The notes beneath the pieces are model-generated. The model searched no databases, was not told the DNA's origin, and saw only the letters and a program-made list of their open reading frames with translations. Shown here piece by piece: positions 38,825-47,431 of a DNA stretch of 64,000 nucleotides; the stretch's first letter is position 1; each line of letters starts with the position of its first letter. The translations under genes were made by a program, and so were the position numbers. The DNA comes from an uncultured candidate division WWE3 bacterium (lineage in GTDB: Bacteria; Patescibacteriota; WWE3; UBA101185; UBA10185). The DNA is taken from contig CAIRNR010000007.1 of the NCBI GenBank assembly GCA_903879985.1, positions 216,079 to 280,078 on the forward strand, written 5' to 3'.

Positions 38825-39763
38825 TTAATTCTTCAAAAACTCTTCCAACAACTCTTTTTGCTTCCTATTTAACTTCTTTGGCGTGACAACGGCAACCTGA
38901 ACCAGCACGTCACCTTGTCCTTTTGATTGCAACCTTGGCATACCTTTGCTTCTAATAATAAAACGAGCGCCATAATCGGTACCAGCTGGGATTTTAAGCT
39001 TCGCAGAACCTATTCCGGTTTTTTGCTCTAAATCGATAACAGGAACTTCAATAACACCACCCAAGGCGGCGGTAGCAAAATCAAGCTCTTTTGTAACAAC
39101 TAGATTATCGCCGGAAATATTAAATTGCTGAGGTTTTTTGATTCTTAATGTTAAAAACAGATCACCTGTCACTGTACCTTGTGGACCAGGCATACCGCGC
39201 CCAGGAAACTTGAGTTCTAGGCCATCACGCGCTCCCTGTGGAATCTTTACAGTAAACTTGCCACTTTCTACATTGATTTCTTTTTCGGCGCCAAATATGG
39301 CTTCAGCGAATTCGACGTTTAATTCGTAATATAAGCTTTTACCTTTGTGAGGAGCTCGTCGGCCACCTGCACCACGAAATCCAAAGAATTCTTCGAAAAT
39401 ATCAAAAGGATCAAAATCACCAAAGTCCTGACCTGCACCATTGGCACCACCGTTTGAAGTGTAAGAATAGTTAAAAGGACCCCACTGGCCACCAGCACCT
39501 GGGCGTTGACCTTGCCCAAAGCCACCCATGTTTGGATCGGCAGTACCGTAGGTATCAAACGTTTTTCTTTTTTCGGGATCACCTAAAACGCGATATGCCT
39601 CGTTTATTTCTTTAAAGCGTTTTTCAGCCGCTTCTTTATCACCGGCACCTACGGCATCAGGATGATGTTCTCGTGCTAGTTTGCGATATGCTTTTTTTAT
39701 TTCTTCAGCGGAAGCTGTTTTTGATACGCCTAATATGTTGTAGTAGTCTTTTCCGTTTGCCAT
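38825..39763 (-). CDS. DnaJ-class chaperone without the Cys-rich zinc-finger domain (CbpA/type II-like)
   Basis: J-domain (DYYNILGVSKTASAEEIKKAYRKLAREHHPD, with HPD), a G/F-rich linker, and a C-terminal substrate-binding domain. No CxxCxGxG repeats. Confidence 0.85.
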   Translation of the reverse strand: MANGKDYYNILGVSKTASAEEIKKAYRKLAREHHPDAVGAGDKEAAEKRFKEINEAYRVLGDPEKRKTFDTYGTADPNMGGFGQGQRPGAGGQWGPFNYSYTSNGGANGAGQDFGDFDPFDIFEEFFGFRGAGGRRAPHKGKSLYYELNVEFAEAIFGAEKEINVESGKFTVKIPQGARDGLELKFPGRGMPGPQGTVTGDLFLTLRIKKPQQFNISGDNLVVTKELDFATAALGGVIEVPVIDLEQKTGIGSAKLKIPAGTDYGARFIIRSKGMPRLQSKGQGDVLVQVAVVTPKKLNRKQKELLEEFLKN

Positions 39764-39776
39764 ACAGTGTGTATTC

Positions 39777-39795
39777 TATCACCTACGGTGATCGG
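39777..39795. promoter_or_regulatory. 19-nt dyad TATCACCTACGGTGATCGG (copy 1), 13 nt upstream of the dnaJ-like ATG
   Basis: Identical 19-mer to 47377-47395. The inverted repeat is ATCACC-TAC-GGTGAT, and the GTGATAGAAT part doubles as an extended -10 box. Confidence 0.5.
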
Positions 39796-39847
39796 TCGCC
39801 AAAGGCAACAGAGCACGTTAAGTGGGTTGATTAGTGGGTTTTTGTGA

Positions 39848-39889
39848 CAAAAAAAGACCCTGATAAGTTGGTTTGCTTATGCAGGGTCT
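39848..39889 (-). terminator. Intrinsic terminator (8-bp stem agaccctg/cagggtct, 19-nt loop, 7-U run on the minus strand)
   Basis: Directly 3' of the 154-aa gene. Confidence 0.55.
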
Positions 39890-39902
39890 TGCTTACTATT
39901 TT

Positions 39903-40367
39903 TTATTCGTAACCACGGTGACCGTTATATTTCTCGGTGTGGTAACGAACTTGGGCTTCAACTTCTTCGGGCGGTTCTTCGTCAGGGTCTTGTTCGGCAT
40001 TGCGAGGATCGCCTTCAGTATATGCGGCATCTTCTAACGCAGCCATTTCCCATCGCCAAACAGCAGCATCAATCTGGGTAGCAAAACATCGAAGTTGACC
40101 TTGCGGATCCCGCGGAAGCTTTTTAAGCGTAACAACAGCTGTGGTATCAGTCCAAACAATATCATTGAAAATCGGGCTGATCACACTTTTCGTACCTTCC
40201 ATATCCCTTGTATTTGGATGTAGTGTTATCCACAATTGTACGGGATCAATACTATCGCGAAATCCCATCCAGCCAATATTTCCCTGATCTAATGTGGTCC
40301 ATTCTTCTCCTAGCGGAGCTTTACGATTCTTTGGGTGCACTATAACCTCTCTCTTTCCGTATCGCAA
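39903..40367 (-). CDS. Hypothetical protein (154 aa) with an acidic C-terminal tail
   Basis: Elevated GC. Own promoter (TTGTGT-17-TACAAT on the minus strand at about 40406-40434) and own terminator. No recognisable domain. A 5-bp inverted repeat gtatc...gatac abuts the ATG in place of an SD. Confidence 0.5.
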   Translation of the reverse strand: MRYGKREVIVHPKNRKAPLGEEWTTLDQGNIGWMGFRDSIDPVQLWITLHPNTRDMEGTKSVISPIFNDIVWTDTTAVVTLKKLPRDPQGQLRCFATQIDAAVWRWEMAALEDAAYTEGDPRNAEQDPDEEPPEEVEAQVRYHTEKYNGHRGYE

Positions 40368-40455
40368 TTGATACGCGCAACTTTATTAGTCAGCTGTTGC
40401 TAGCTCTGATTTGTGGTGATTGTAGCAAAAATCCGATGTTTACACAAGCTATAGG

Positions 40456-40484
40456 TTGACTGAAGTTTGTTAAGGATATACAAT
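40456..40484 (+). promoter_or_regulatory. Strong sigma70 promoter TTGACT-17-TACAAT
   Basis: ttgact at 40456-61, a 17-nt spacer, tacaat at 40479-84, about 36 nt upstream of the SD and ATG of the 97-aa gene. Confidence 0.55.
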
Positions 40485-40520
40485 GCTGAAAATAGCCAGA
40501 TAAACCAAAAGGAGAGAAAA

Positions 40521-40814
40521 ATGGCACTTAAAGGAACAATGATCTTAAACGGTCACTACAACATCACGCAGGCACCATCGCTGGATGACATAGTAGGTTC
40601 ATTAATATCAGCGGGTGCAAATCGGAAGTCACTGAGTTTTATCACAAGCACGGGATTAATCATCCGCAATGTGGCTATAAAGTCATTAGCTCGCGAAGAT
40701 GGCTCAGGCAAACGGTATGTATTCGAAGGCGAATTCGTCGGAACTGCCGGAACAATAAAAGGCTATTTTGACGTCGCCAACAGGGTGGGATTCTGTAACA
40801 TCACAGTAGAATAA
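40521..40814 (+). CDS. Hypothetical small protein (97 aa from the ATG preceded by AAAGGAGAGAAAA)
   Basis: Good SD. The longer ORF from 40467 lacks an RBS. Probably a beta-rich protein with no recognisable family. A terminator follows. Confidence 0.5.
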   Translation: MALKGTMILNGHYNITQAPSLDDIVGSLISAGANRKSLSFITSTGLIIRNVAIKSLAREDGSGKRYVFEGEFVGTAGTIKGYFDVANRVGFCNITVE

Positions 40815-40840
40815 CCCGCAAGTAACAAAAAGGTCTACTA

Positions 40841-40888
40841 GTTCGGAACAAATCCAACAGTAGGCCTTTTCTTTTTCCCAAGCTTTCT
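40841..40888 (+). terminator. Intrinsic terminator (ggtctact/agtaggcc stem with one G-U pair, then TTTTCTTTTT)
   Basis: Located 27 nt after the stop of the 97-aa gene. Confidence 0.5.
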
Positions 40889-40907
40889 AACATTCAAAAA
40901 TCATTAT

Positions 40908-40937
40908 CAAAAAACAAAAGACCCCGCTTTCGCGAGG
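40908..40937 (-). terminator. Intrinsic terminator for hup (CCUCGC-GAAA-GCGGGG stem-loop plus a U-run on the minus strand)
   Basis: A GAAA tetraloop hairpin is followed by ucuuuuguuuuuug on the minus strand, about 55 nt downstream of the hup stop. Confidence 0.55.
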
Positions 40938-40991
40938 CCCAATGTTTTTAATCGACTCAAAATTTAAATCGAAAAAGTCAGAAAGATTACT

Positions 40992-41258
40992 TTACAGCAT
41001 CTTCATTCCTTTACCGGCTTTAAAAGCTGGAGTCTTACTTGCTGGGATATGGAGAGGAGCTCCGGTCTGTGGATTTCTTCCCATTCTTGCGGCTCTGGAT
41101 CTAACTTCGAATGTTCCAAATCCTGTCCAGGTTACTTTTTCACCTTTTTGCAATGCTGCGGTTACTGCGTCAGCTACTGCATCAACGGCTTTAGCGGCGT
41201 CCACTTTTGTCATTCCTGCCATATCGGCTACTTTAGCTATTAAGTCTTGTTTTACCAT
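40992..41258 (-). CDS. hup: DNA-binding protein HU
   Basis: [11 protein letters not shown]...[38 protein letters not shown] is the HU/IHF fold signature. Confidence 0.92.
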   Translation of the reverse strand: MVKQDLIAKVADMAGMTKVDAAKAVDAVADAVTAALQKGEKVTWTGFGTFEVRSRAARMGRNPQTGAPLHIPASKTPAFKAGKGMKML

Positions 41259-41292
41259 TTATAAAACACCCCCTTTCAAATCAAAAATTTAA

Positions 41293-42075
41293 TTAACTTA
41301 AATTATCAATACGAGTCACTGTTTTGGCGTCTGTATCAAATAGTACACTTCTAAATGCACGTCTTCCAGATTCTTCCCATTCAAAACGTTGATTTCTTGC
41401 GGTTAAATATTGTGCGATAACAATTTCGGATTTTACGCCAAGTACAGAATCAACTGCGCCAACCATTCCAATATCTGTTATGTACAATGTACCTTTTGGT
41501 AATGCCATGCCATCTGCTGTAGGAACATGTGTGTGTGATCCGACAATTGCAGTAACGCGTCCATCTAAGTAAAGACCGAATGCAATTTTTTCACTTGTAG
41601 CTTCTGCATGAAAATCAATAATGATTGCGGATAAGTTTTCGTTTTTAAATTTTTCTAAAATTTCATCAGCTTTTTTAAATGGATCATCTAAATATGCGAA
41701 CGTATTTGAAAATGATGTGCGACCCATGAGATTAATTAATAAAATAGAACCTTTGCTTCCGGCATCTAACAAAGTGTAACCTTTTCCGGCAACAGTTCCT
41801 TCGGGATAATTTGCTGGGCGTAAAACTGGAAGATCGTCAATTATATCTTCTGTTCCTTTTTGCCAAAATACATGATCGCCACCAGTGAAATAATCTATAC
41901 CGACTTTTCTCATTTCATCTAAATTTTCACGGGTAACACCACGGCCGCCTGAAATATTTTCGGCGTTAGCTAAAACTAAATCTGGTGAATATGTTTTGAT
42001 TATACCTGGCAATAAAGCCGCAACAGTTTTTCTTCCGGGGCCTGCAACAATTTCTCCTACAAATAAGATTTTCAT
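41293..42075 (-). CDS. YmdB-like metallophosphoesterase (2',3'-cyclic-nucleotide phosphodiesterase family, TIGR00282)
   Basis: MKILFVGEIVAGPGRK...GGDHVFW...DFHAEATSEK...GSHTHVPTAD. Located downstream of rny as in Firmicutes. Confidence 0.85.
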   Translation of the reverse strand: MKILFVGEIVAGPGRKTVAALLPGIIKTYSPDLVLANAENISGGRGVTRENLDEMRKVGIDYFTGGDHVFWQKGTEDIIDDLPVLRPANYPEGTVAGKGYTLLDAGSKGSILLINLMGRTSFSNTFAYLDDPFKKADEILEKFKNENLSAIIIDFHAEATSEKIAFGLYLDGRVTAIVGSHTHVPTADGMALPKGTLYITDIGMVGAVDSVLGVKSEIVIAQYLTARNQRFEWEESGRRAFRSVLFDTDAKTVTRIDNLS

Positions 42076-42156
42076 AAATCGATAATATTTTTATACATCA
42101 AAGTTGTTGTAATGACAAGGTTTTTCACTAGTCACACGCTATAAGATTATGTGCAC

Positions 42157-42190
42157 AAAAAAAGATACCGCGTTTTTTATTCGCGGCATC
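42157..42190 (-). terminator. Intrinsic terminator for rny (9-bp stem with one G-U, 9-nt loop, 7-U run)
   Basis: gatgccgcg-aauaaaaaa-cgcgguauc is followed by uuuuuuug on the minus strand. Confidence 0.55.
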
Positions 42191-42214
42191 TTCTTTTTAA
42201 TTTTTTTATTAAAG

Positions 42215-43846
42215 TTATTTAGCAGTTTCTGTTACGCGCGTTTCTCTTATAACAATAACCTTAACGACACCTGGATATGTTTGTTCTAACTCAATCTTTT
42301 TTGCAATTTCTTTTGCTAGATATGCTGTTGAGTAATCATCAACTTTTTCTGGTGATACAAACACACGAACTTCACGACCTGCTGAAACTGCGAATGCTCT
42401 ATCAACTCCGTCAAATGATAACGCGGCACCTTCAAGTTCTTTTAATCTTGTAACATAAGATTCGTAATCTTCACTTCGTGCACCTGGTCTTGTACCACTA
42501 ACATGATCTGATAAATTAACGATTGCAGATTCAATGGAACTAAATGGTCTGTCTTCGTGATGCTCGGCGACGCAGTTAATTATTTCTTCAGGTACTTTAT
42601 ATTTTCTTAATAGATCAACACCTAATTGAATATGTGTACCTTCTTCGTCTGATACAACTTTTCCAATATCGTGAAATAAACAACCCATACGAACAACATC
42701 AACATTAACACCAAGCTCGTGAGCCAAAGCAATACCAATTCTTGATTCTTCTAAGGTATGCTCAAGCATGTTTTGACCGTAGGAAAATCTATATTTAAAT
42801 CTACCCAAAGTTTGGATTAAATCTTTGTGAACATTGTATGCACCAACTTTATGACATAAATCGTCTCCGGCTTTATACATCAAGTGTTCGGTTTCTGATC
42901 TTGTTTTTTCAACAATTTCTTCGATACGTGCAGGTTGAATACGACCATCGGCAATTAATTTTTCCATGGAAAGCTTTGCAATCTCACGTCGAACTGGGTC
43001 AAAGCTTGAGATCATTATTTCACCTGGGAAAGAATCAAGATCTAAATCAACACCTGTTAGTTCTTCAAAAGCTTTTATGTTACGACCTTCCTTTCCGATA
43101 ATACGTCCTTTTATTTCTTCATCTGGTATTTTTATACGAGATGTAGCGTGCTCAACAACTATATCTGTAGCACCAAAGCGCATGGCACTTACCAAAATTT
43201 CCTGTGCTTTTTTATCGGAATCGTGTTTAATTTCTTCTTCCATTTCACGAATACGTTTACCTTTTTCTTGGCTAAGTTCACGATCAAAAGAGTTTAACAA
43301 TTGTGCTTTTGCTTCTTCTTTTGTTAAGTTAGCTATCTTTTCTAAGTCTTCTTGTTTTCTTTTGTGCAAAATTTCAACTTCTTCTTGTTTCTTTTCTATA
43401 GCTTCTTTAGCAGCACGTAATACTTTAGTACGTTGCTCTAACTCTCTAGTCGTATTTTCAAGTTGAGCTTTTTGTAGAGCCTGACGTTTTTCGGTCTCTA
43501 TAGCTTCTTCCTTGATTCTACGGGAATCATCTTCGGCTTTGGTTCTAAGCTTTAAAGCCATGTCTTTAGCTTCGATTATGATTTCTCGGGCTTGAGCACG
43601 AGCTTGAATGACTCTTGGATCGTTCTCAGGATCAACAGGGGCGGCAACAGGCGCTACTGCAGCAACTGGCTGTGGTTGTGCTACTACAGTAACAGGAGCG
43701 GCAACAACAGCAGGTTTAGAAGCTTCCTGAACAGGAGCTTCGACCGCAGATGATGTGGCTTTCTTTTTAGAATTTAAAACAAAGTATGAAATCGCACTAC
43801 CGGATACAACTGCACCAACAACGAGCAAAACATTTGAAATATCCAT
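42215..43846 (-). CDS. rny: Ribonuclease Y
   Basis: N-terminal TM, a coiled-coil region, a KH domain (GRIIGKEGRNIKAFEELTGVDL), and an HD domain (H...HD). The SD ggaggt is 9 nt upstream. Confidence 0.93.
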   Translation of the reverse strand: MDISNVLLVVGAVVSGSAISYFVLNSKKKATSSAVEAPVQEASKPAVVAAPVTVVAQPQPVAAVAPVAAPVDPENDPRVIQARAQAREIIIEAKDMALKLRTKAEDDSRRIKEEAIETEKRQALQKAQLENTTRELEQRTKVLRAAKEAIEKKQEEVEILHKRKQEDLEKIANLTKEEAKAQLLNSFDRELSQEKGKRIREMEEEIKHDSDKKAQEILVSAMRFGATDIVVEHATSRIKIPDEEIKGRIIGKEGRNIKAFEELTGVDLDLDSFPGEIMISSFDPVRREIAKLSMEKLIADGRIQPARIEEIVEKTRSETEHLMYKAGDDLCHKVGAYNVHKDLIQTLGRFKYRFSYGQNMLEHTLEESRIGIALAHELGVNVDVVRMGCLFHDIGKVVSDEEGTHIQLGVDLLRKYKVPEEIINCVAEHHEDRPFSSIESAIVNLSDHVSGTRPGARSEDYESYVTRLKELEGAALSFDGVDRAFAVSAGREVRVFVSPEKVDDYSTAYLAKEIAKKIELEQTYPGVVKVIVIRETRVTETAK

Positions 43847-44049
43847 ATTTATTTACCTCCAATATTCTATACATATTAAAAACTAGTTAATTCAGGATGA
43901 TGCTATCAAGGCACATTGAGGAGCGTCGTCTCCTCTTCTTCGCGTTCTTTGCGGGGGCTTTGCCAGATCACCCGCTCAGAATAAAATTGGGATTAGAGTT
44001 CAGAAATAACAGTAAATCTCGACTTTATAGCAAAATCCATGACTAGATT

Positions 44050-44586
44050 CTATTTTACACTCGCTATCCTGTCAACTACGCTATTACAAACATTGTAGGG
44101 ATATCCCTTACCTAAAAGGTACATGTACAGTTTCTTATGTGCCAAATTGGCATCGTAATTCCTTGAAAGTTGCAAAATTCTTAGTTTTTTCTCTCCATCA
44201 GCGAGGGCTGAAGCGAATTCAAACTCCGGATCCATATCTTTTATAGCCTCATCAACAATTTGCCTGTCTATGCCCTTTTTGTATAAAAACGTACGTATCT
44301 TTTGAGCACTTGTGGACCTTCCGCTGGAAAAACTTGAAACATACGACTTTGCAAACTCCAGGTCACTTAAAAGGTGAATTTCCTTAAGTTCTGTGATTAC
44401 TTGCGATTTAAGTTCAGCCAGTTCCTCGGGGGAAAGATCCCATCTTTGACTAAGTTTATCTATTTTTTGGGAAACCTCATGTGTAGTTCGAGGCTGATAG
44501 GAAATAAAATCTAGGATTCTTGAATAAATCTTTTCGAAAAGCTCACCTGTTTGCATGGATACATAATACACTGGGCAGCCCACCAA
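44050..44586 (-). CDS. recX: RecX-like regulatory protein
   Basis: Three-helix repeat pattern immediately downstream of recA. The likely start is the internal MQTGELFEKIY at about 44556. Confidence 0.75.
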   Translation of the reverse strand: MVGCPVYYVSMQTGELFEKIYSRILDFISYQPRTTHEVSQKIDKLSQRWDLSPEELAELKSQVITELKEIHLLSDLEFAKSYVSSFSSGRSTSAQKIRTFLYKKGIDRQIVDEAIKDMDPEFEFASALADGEKKLRILQLSRNYDANLAHKKLYMYLLGKGYPYNVCNSVVDRIASVK

Positions 44587-44620
44587 ACGGCAGCTGCCCC
44601 AGCATACTAACTAATATTTG

Positions 44621-45763
44621 TTATTCATCAGCACCCATTACGTCTTCGGTATCAGGACTACCGATTGGTGCATCGCCACTGTGACCAAGTTCTAAAGGAA
44701 TATCGTGCTTCTGCTTGATAACTTCTCTAATCTTTTTAGAAATTTCGTCTCTTACCTTTATGTTTTCCTTTAAATACATACGAGTTGCTTCTTTACCTTG
44801 ACCAATCTTTTGACCGGCATATTCGTACCAAGCGCCAGATTTTTTAACAACGCCCATATCAACACCAACGTCGATAATGTTTGCTTCCTTACTTATTCCT
44901 TCGTTGAACATGATGTCGAACTCAGCTTTTCTAAATGGTGGTGCCATTTTATTCTTTACTACTTTAGCGACAACTCTAATACCATTAACATCTGTACCAA
45001 CCTTAATAGATTCACCTTTTCTTACTTCAATACGAACAGATGCGTAATACTTTAAGGCTTTACCACCTGGGGTTGTTTCCGGGTTACCAAACATAACACC
45101 GATTTTCATTCTTAATTGGTTTGTGAATATTAATGTACAGTTTGAGTGACTGACAGCGCTGGTTAATCTTCTTAAAGCCTGACTCATTAACCTGGCTTGA
45201 ATTGCGATAGTTGAATCTCCAATGTTTCCTTCAAGTTCTGCTCTTGGAACAAGTGCCGCAACGGAGTCTATAGCTATTAAATCAACAGCATTTGATCTTA
45301 TTAATGTTTCGGCAATTTCTAAAGCTTGTTCTCCGGTATCAGGTTGTGAAACCAAAAGATCTTCAACATTAACACCGGTTTTTTCAGCGTAAGTTGGATC
45401 AAATGCATGTTCTGCATCAATTAAAGCTGCTGTTCCGCCTTCTTTTTGAGCTTCGGCGATAATATGTTGAACGAGTGTGGTTTTACCTGAAGATTCTGGT
45501 CCGTAAATTTCAACGATTCTTCCACGGGGAACACCACCAATGCCCAATGCTAAATCTAAAGCAATGGAACCTGTTGGAATAAATGGTATTAATCTTTCAC
45601 CTTGGTTTCCACCTAATTTCATAATGGAACCTTTACCAAAATTCTTTTCAATTTGATCTATCGCGGTTTGCAAAGCAATGTTTTTGCCCTTTTGAGAAGT
45701 ACTAATTTCTTTTACTTCTTTTGTTGCCTCTCTAGCTTCACGAATTTCTTTATTTGTTGCCAT
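44621..45763 (-). CDS. recA: Recombinase RecA
   Basis: GPESSGKTT Walker A, L1/L2 loops, 380 aa. The SD GGAAGG is present. Confidence 0.97.
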   Translation of the reverse strand: MATNKEIREAREATKEVKEISTSQKGKNIALQTAIDQIEKNFGKGSIMKLGGNQGERLIPFIPTGSIALDLALGIGGVPRGRIVEIYGPESSGKTTLVQHIIAEAQKEGGTAALIDAEHAFDPTYAEKTGVNVEDLLVSQPDTGEQALEIAETLIRSNAVDLIAIDSVAALVPRAELEGNIGDSTIAIQARLMSQALRRLTSAVSHSNCTLIFTNQLRMKIGVMFGNPETTPGGKALKYYASVRIEVRKGESIKVGTDVNGIRVVAKVVKNKMAPPFRKAEFDIMFNEGISKEANIIDVGVDMGVVKKSGAWYEYAGQKIGQGKEATRMYLKENIKVRDEISKKIREVIKQKHDIPLELGHSGDAPIGSPDTEDVMGADE

Positions 45764-45908
45764 ATGTATAAACCTTCCCGGTTAGATAAATGTGAATGCA
45801 AAACATAAAGTGTTTAGCAAACGCATATAAGTACCTTTTCTTTAGTACGCTACTAAATTTATTTTATTTAAATACGTGTCTGTAGCAAGGACAAGTATTC
45901 TAATTTTA

Positions 45909-47363
45909 TTAGAGGGCAGATTTAATACGATCTAAAGATTCTTCCCGACCCAAAACTTCTAAGATATCAAAAATATGTGGCGTTGCAGTTTGACCTGAAA
46001 GCGCAACACGTAATGTCATGAAAGCTTCCTTCGGGCTATATTCGTATTTTGTAATTAAATCATGGCACACTTTTTCCAAATTGTCTCTAGTCCAATTTTC
46101 TTTTTGAGTAATTTCCAAAGTATTATAAAAATTATTTAGAATTTCTTTTGTGCGCTCTTCGGATTTTGTATATGAAATCAACATTTCTTTTTTTACTTCT
46201 GGTTTTGAATAGAAATAAGAAATCAAATCATTTACTTCACTAAACTTTTTAAGTCTTTCTTTTATCAGAGCTACAACTTTAATATCGATTTTGTCATCTC
46301 CTGAAAAGTTAAGTTTTATCTCAAACCTTTTTGCCCAAGCTTTTATTTTATCGAAAAGGACATCATCACTTAAATTACGAATATAATAACCGTTAAACCA
46401 AAGTAACTTGTCGCGATCAAAGGCAACTAAATCTGTTTTTTGAATTCTCTCTAAAGAAAAATCATTTATAAATTCATCTAAAGTGTAAATTTCTTTTTCG
46501 GTACCAGGATTCCAACCAACAAACATTAAAAAGTTAACAAGCGCTTCTACCAAATAACCTTCTTGCAAAAAATCGACCGCAGCAACAGCTCCCTGGCGTT
46601 TACTTAGTTTAGCGGCTGATCCTTTTTCTTTTAAGTTAGGTAAGTGCGCAATTATAGGCATGTCCCAACCTAAGAATTTGTAAATCAAAACATGCACTGG
46701 TGAAGAAGGCATCCAGTCGATTCCGCGCAAAACGTGTGTAATTTTCATTAAATGATCGTCAACCATTGCGGCTAAGTGGTAAGTAGGAATTCCGTCGGAT
46801 TTTAACAAAATCATATCGTCAACGTCGTTAGTATTAAAGGAAATATCACCATGAATAGCGTCGTGTAATACTACAGTTTCATTCGCAGGAATTTTTATTC
46901 TAATAACATAAGGAACTCCGTCCTTAAGATTTTTTTCAACTTCTTCCTTTGAAAGATTTCGACAATGCTTGTCATAGCATGTTTTTGGCAAATGCTGAGC
47001 TTGTTGCTCGGCTCTAACTTGATCTAATCTTTCGGGAGTGCAAAAACAGTAGTATGCGCCGCCTTTTTCAATAAGTTCTAATGCATATTTTTTATATATT
47101 TCTAATCTTTGGGTTTGAACATAAGGTTCGTAAGGACCACCAATGCCTGGACCTTCATCCCAACTAAAACCGTAGTCTTTTATAATCTGCAACGTTCTAT
47201 CGGCAGCACCCTCAACAAATCTATTTCTATCTGTGTCTTCAATACGGACTATAAATTGTCCATTATATTTTTTGGCAAACGCATAGTCATACAAAATGGT
47301 TCTCATGTGACCGATATGCAGTTCTCCTGTTGGACTTGGAGCTATTCTTGTTCTGGCAATCAT
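45909..47363 (-). CDS. gltX: Glutamyl-tRNA synthetase
   Basis: Class I HIGH (PSPTGELHIGHMRT) and KLSKR (KMSKS-like) motifs. Confidence 0.95.
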   Translation of the reverse strand: MIARTRIAPSPTGELHIGHMRTILYDYAFAKKYNGQFIVRIEDTDRNRFVEGAADRTLQIIKDYGFSWDEGPGIGGPYEPYVQTQRLEIYKKYALELIEKGGAYYCFCTPERLDQVRAEQQAQHLPKTCYDKHCRNLSKEEVEKNLKDGVPYVIRIKIPANETVVLHDAIHGDISFNTNDVDDMILLKSDGIPTYHLAAMVDDHLMKITHVLRGIDWMPSSPVHVLIYKFLGWDMPIIAHLPNLKEKGSAAKLSKRQGAVAAVDFLQEGYLVEALVNFLMFVGWNPGTEKEIYTLDEFINDFSLERIQKTDLVAFDRDKLLWFNGYYIRNLSDDVLFDKIKAWAKRFEIKLNFSGDDKIDIKVVALIKERLKKFSEVNDLISYFYSKPEVKKEMLISYTKSEERTKEILNNFYNTLEITQKENWTRDNLEKVCHDLITKYEYSPKEAFMTLRVALSGQTATPHIFDILEVLGREESLDRIKSAL

Positions 47364-47376
47364 ATATCTTGGATTT

Positions 47377-47395
47377 TATCACCTACGGTGATCGG
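47377..47395. promoter_or_regulatory. 19-nt dyad TATCACCTACGGTGATCGG (copy 2), 13 nt upstream of the gltX ATG
   Basis: Identical to 39777-39795. GTGATAAAAT, the same 10-mer found upstream of secA, sits 9 nt before the ATG. Confidence 0.5.
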
Positions 47396-47431
47396 CGACT
47401 AGTGTCGCAGATCAGTTTAACAGTATGAGCG

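Noticed and set aside
40942-41292. 116-aa plus-strand ORF overlapping hup
   Set aside because: It is antisense to a textbook HU gene and has no start context.
42838-43466. Plus-strand ORFs of 87 and 166 aa inside rny
   Set aside because: They are antisense shadows of the RNase Y coding frame.
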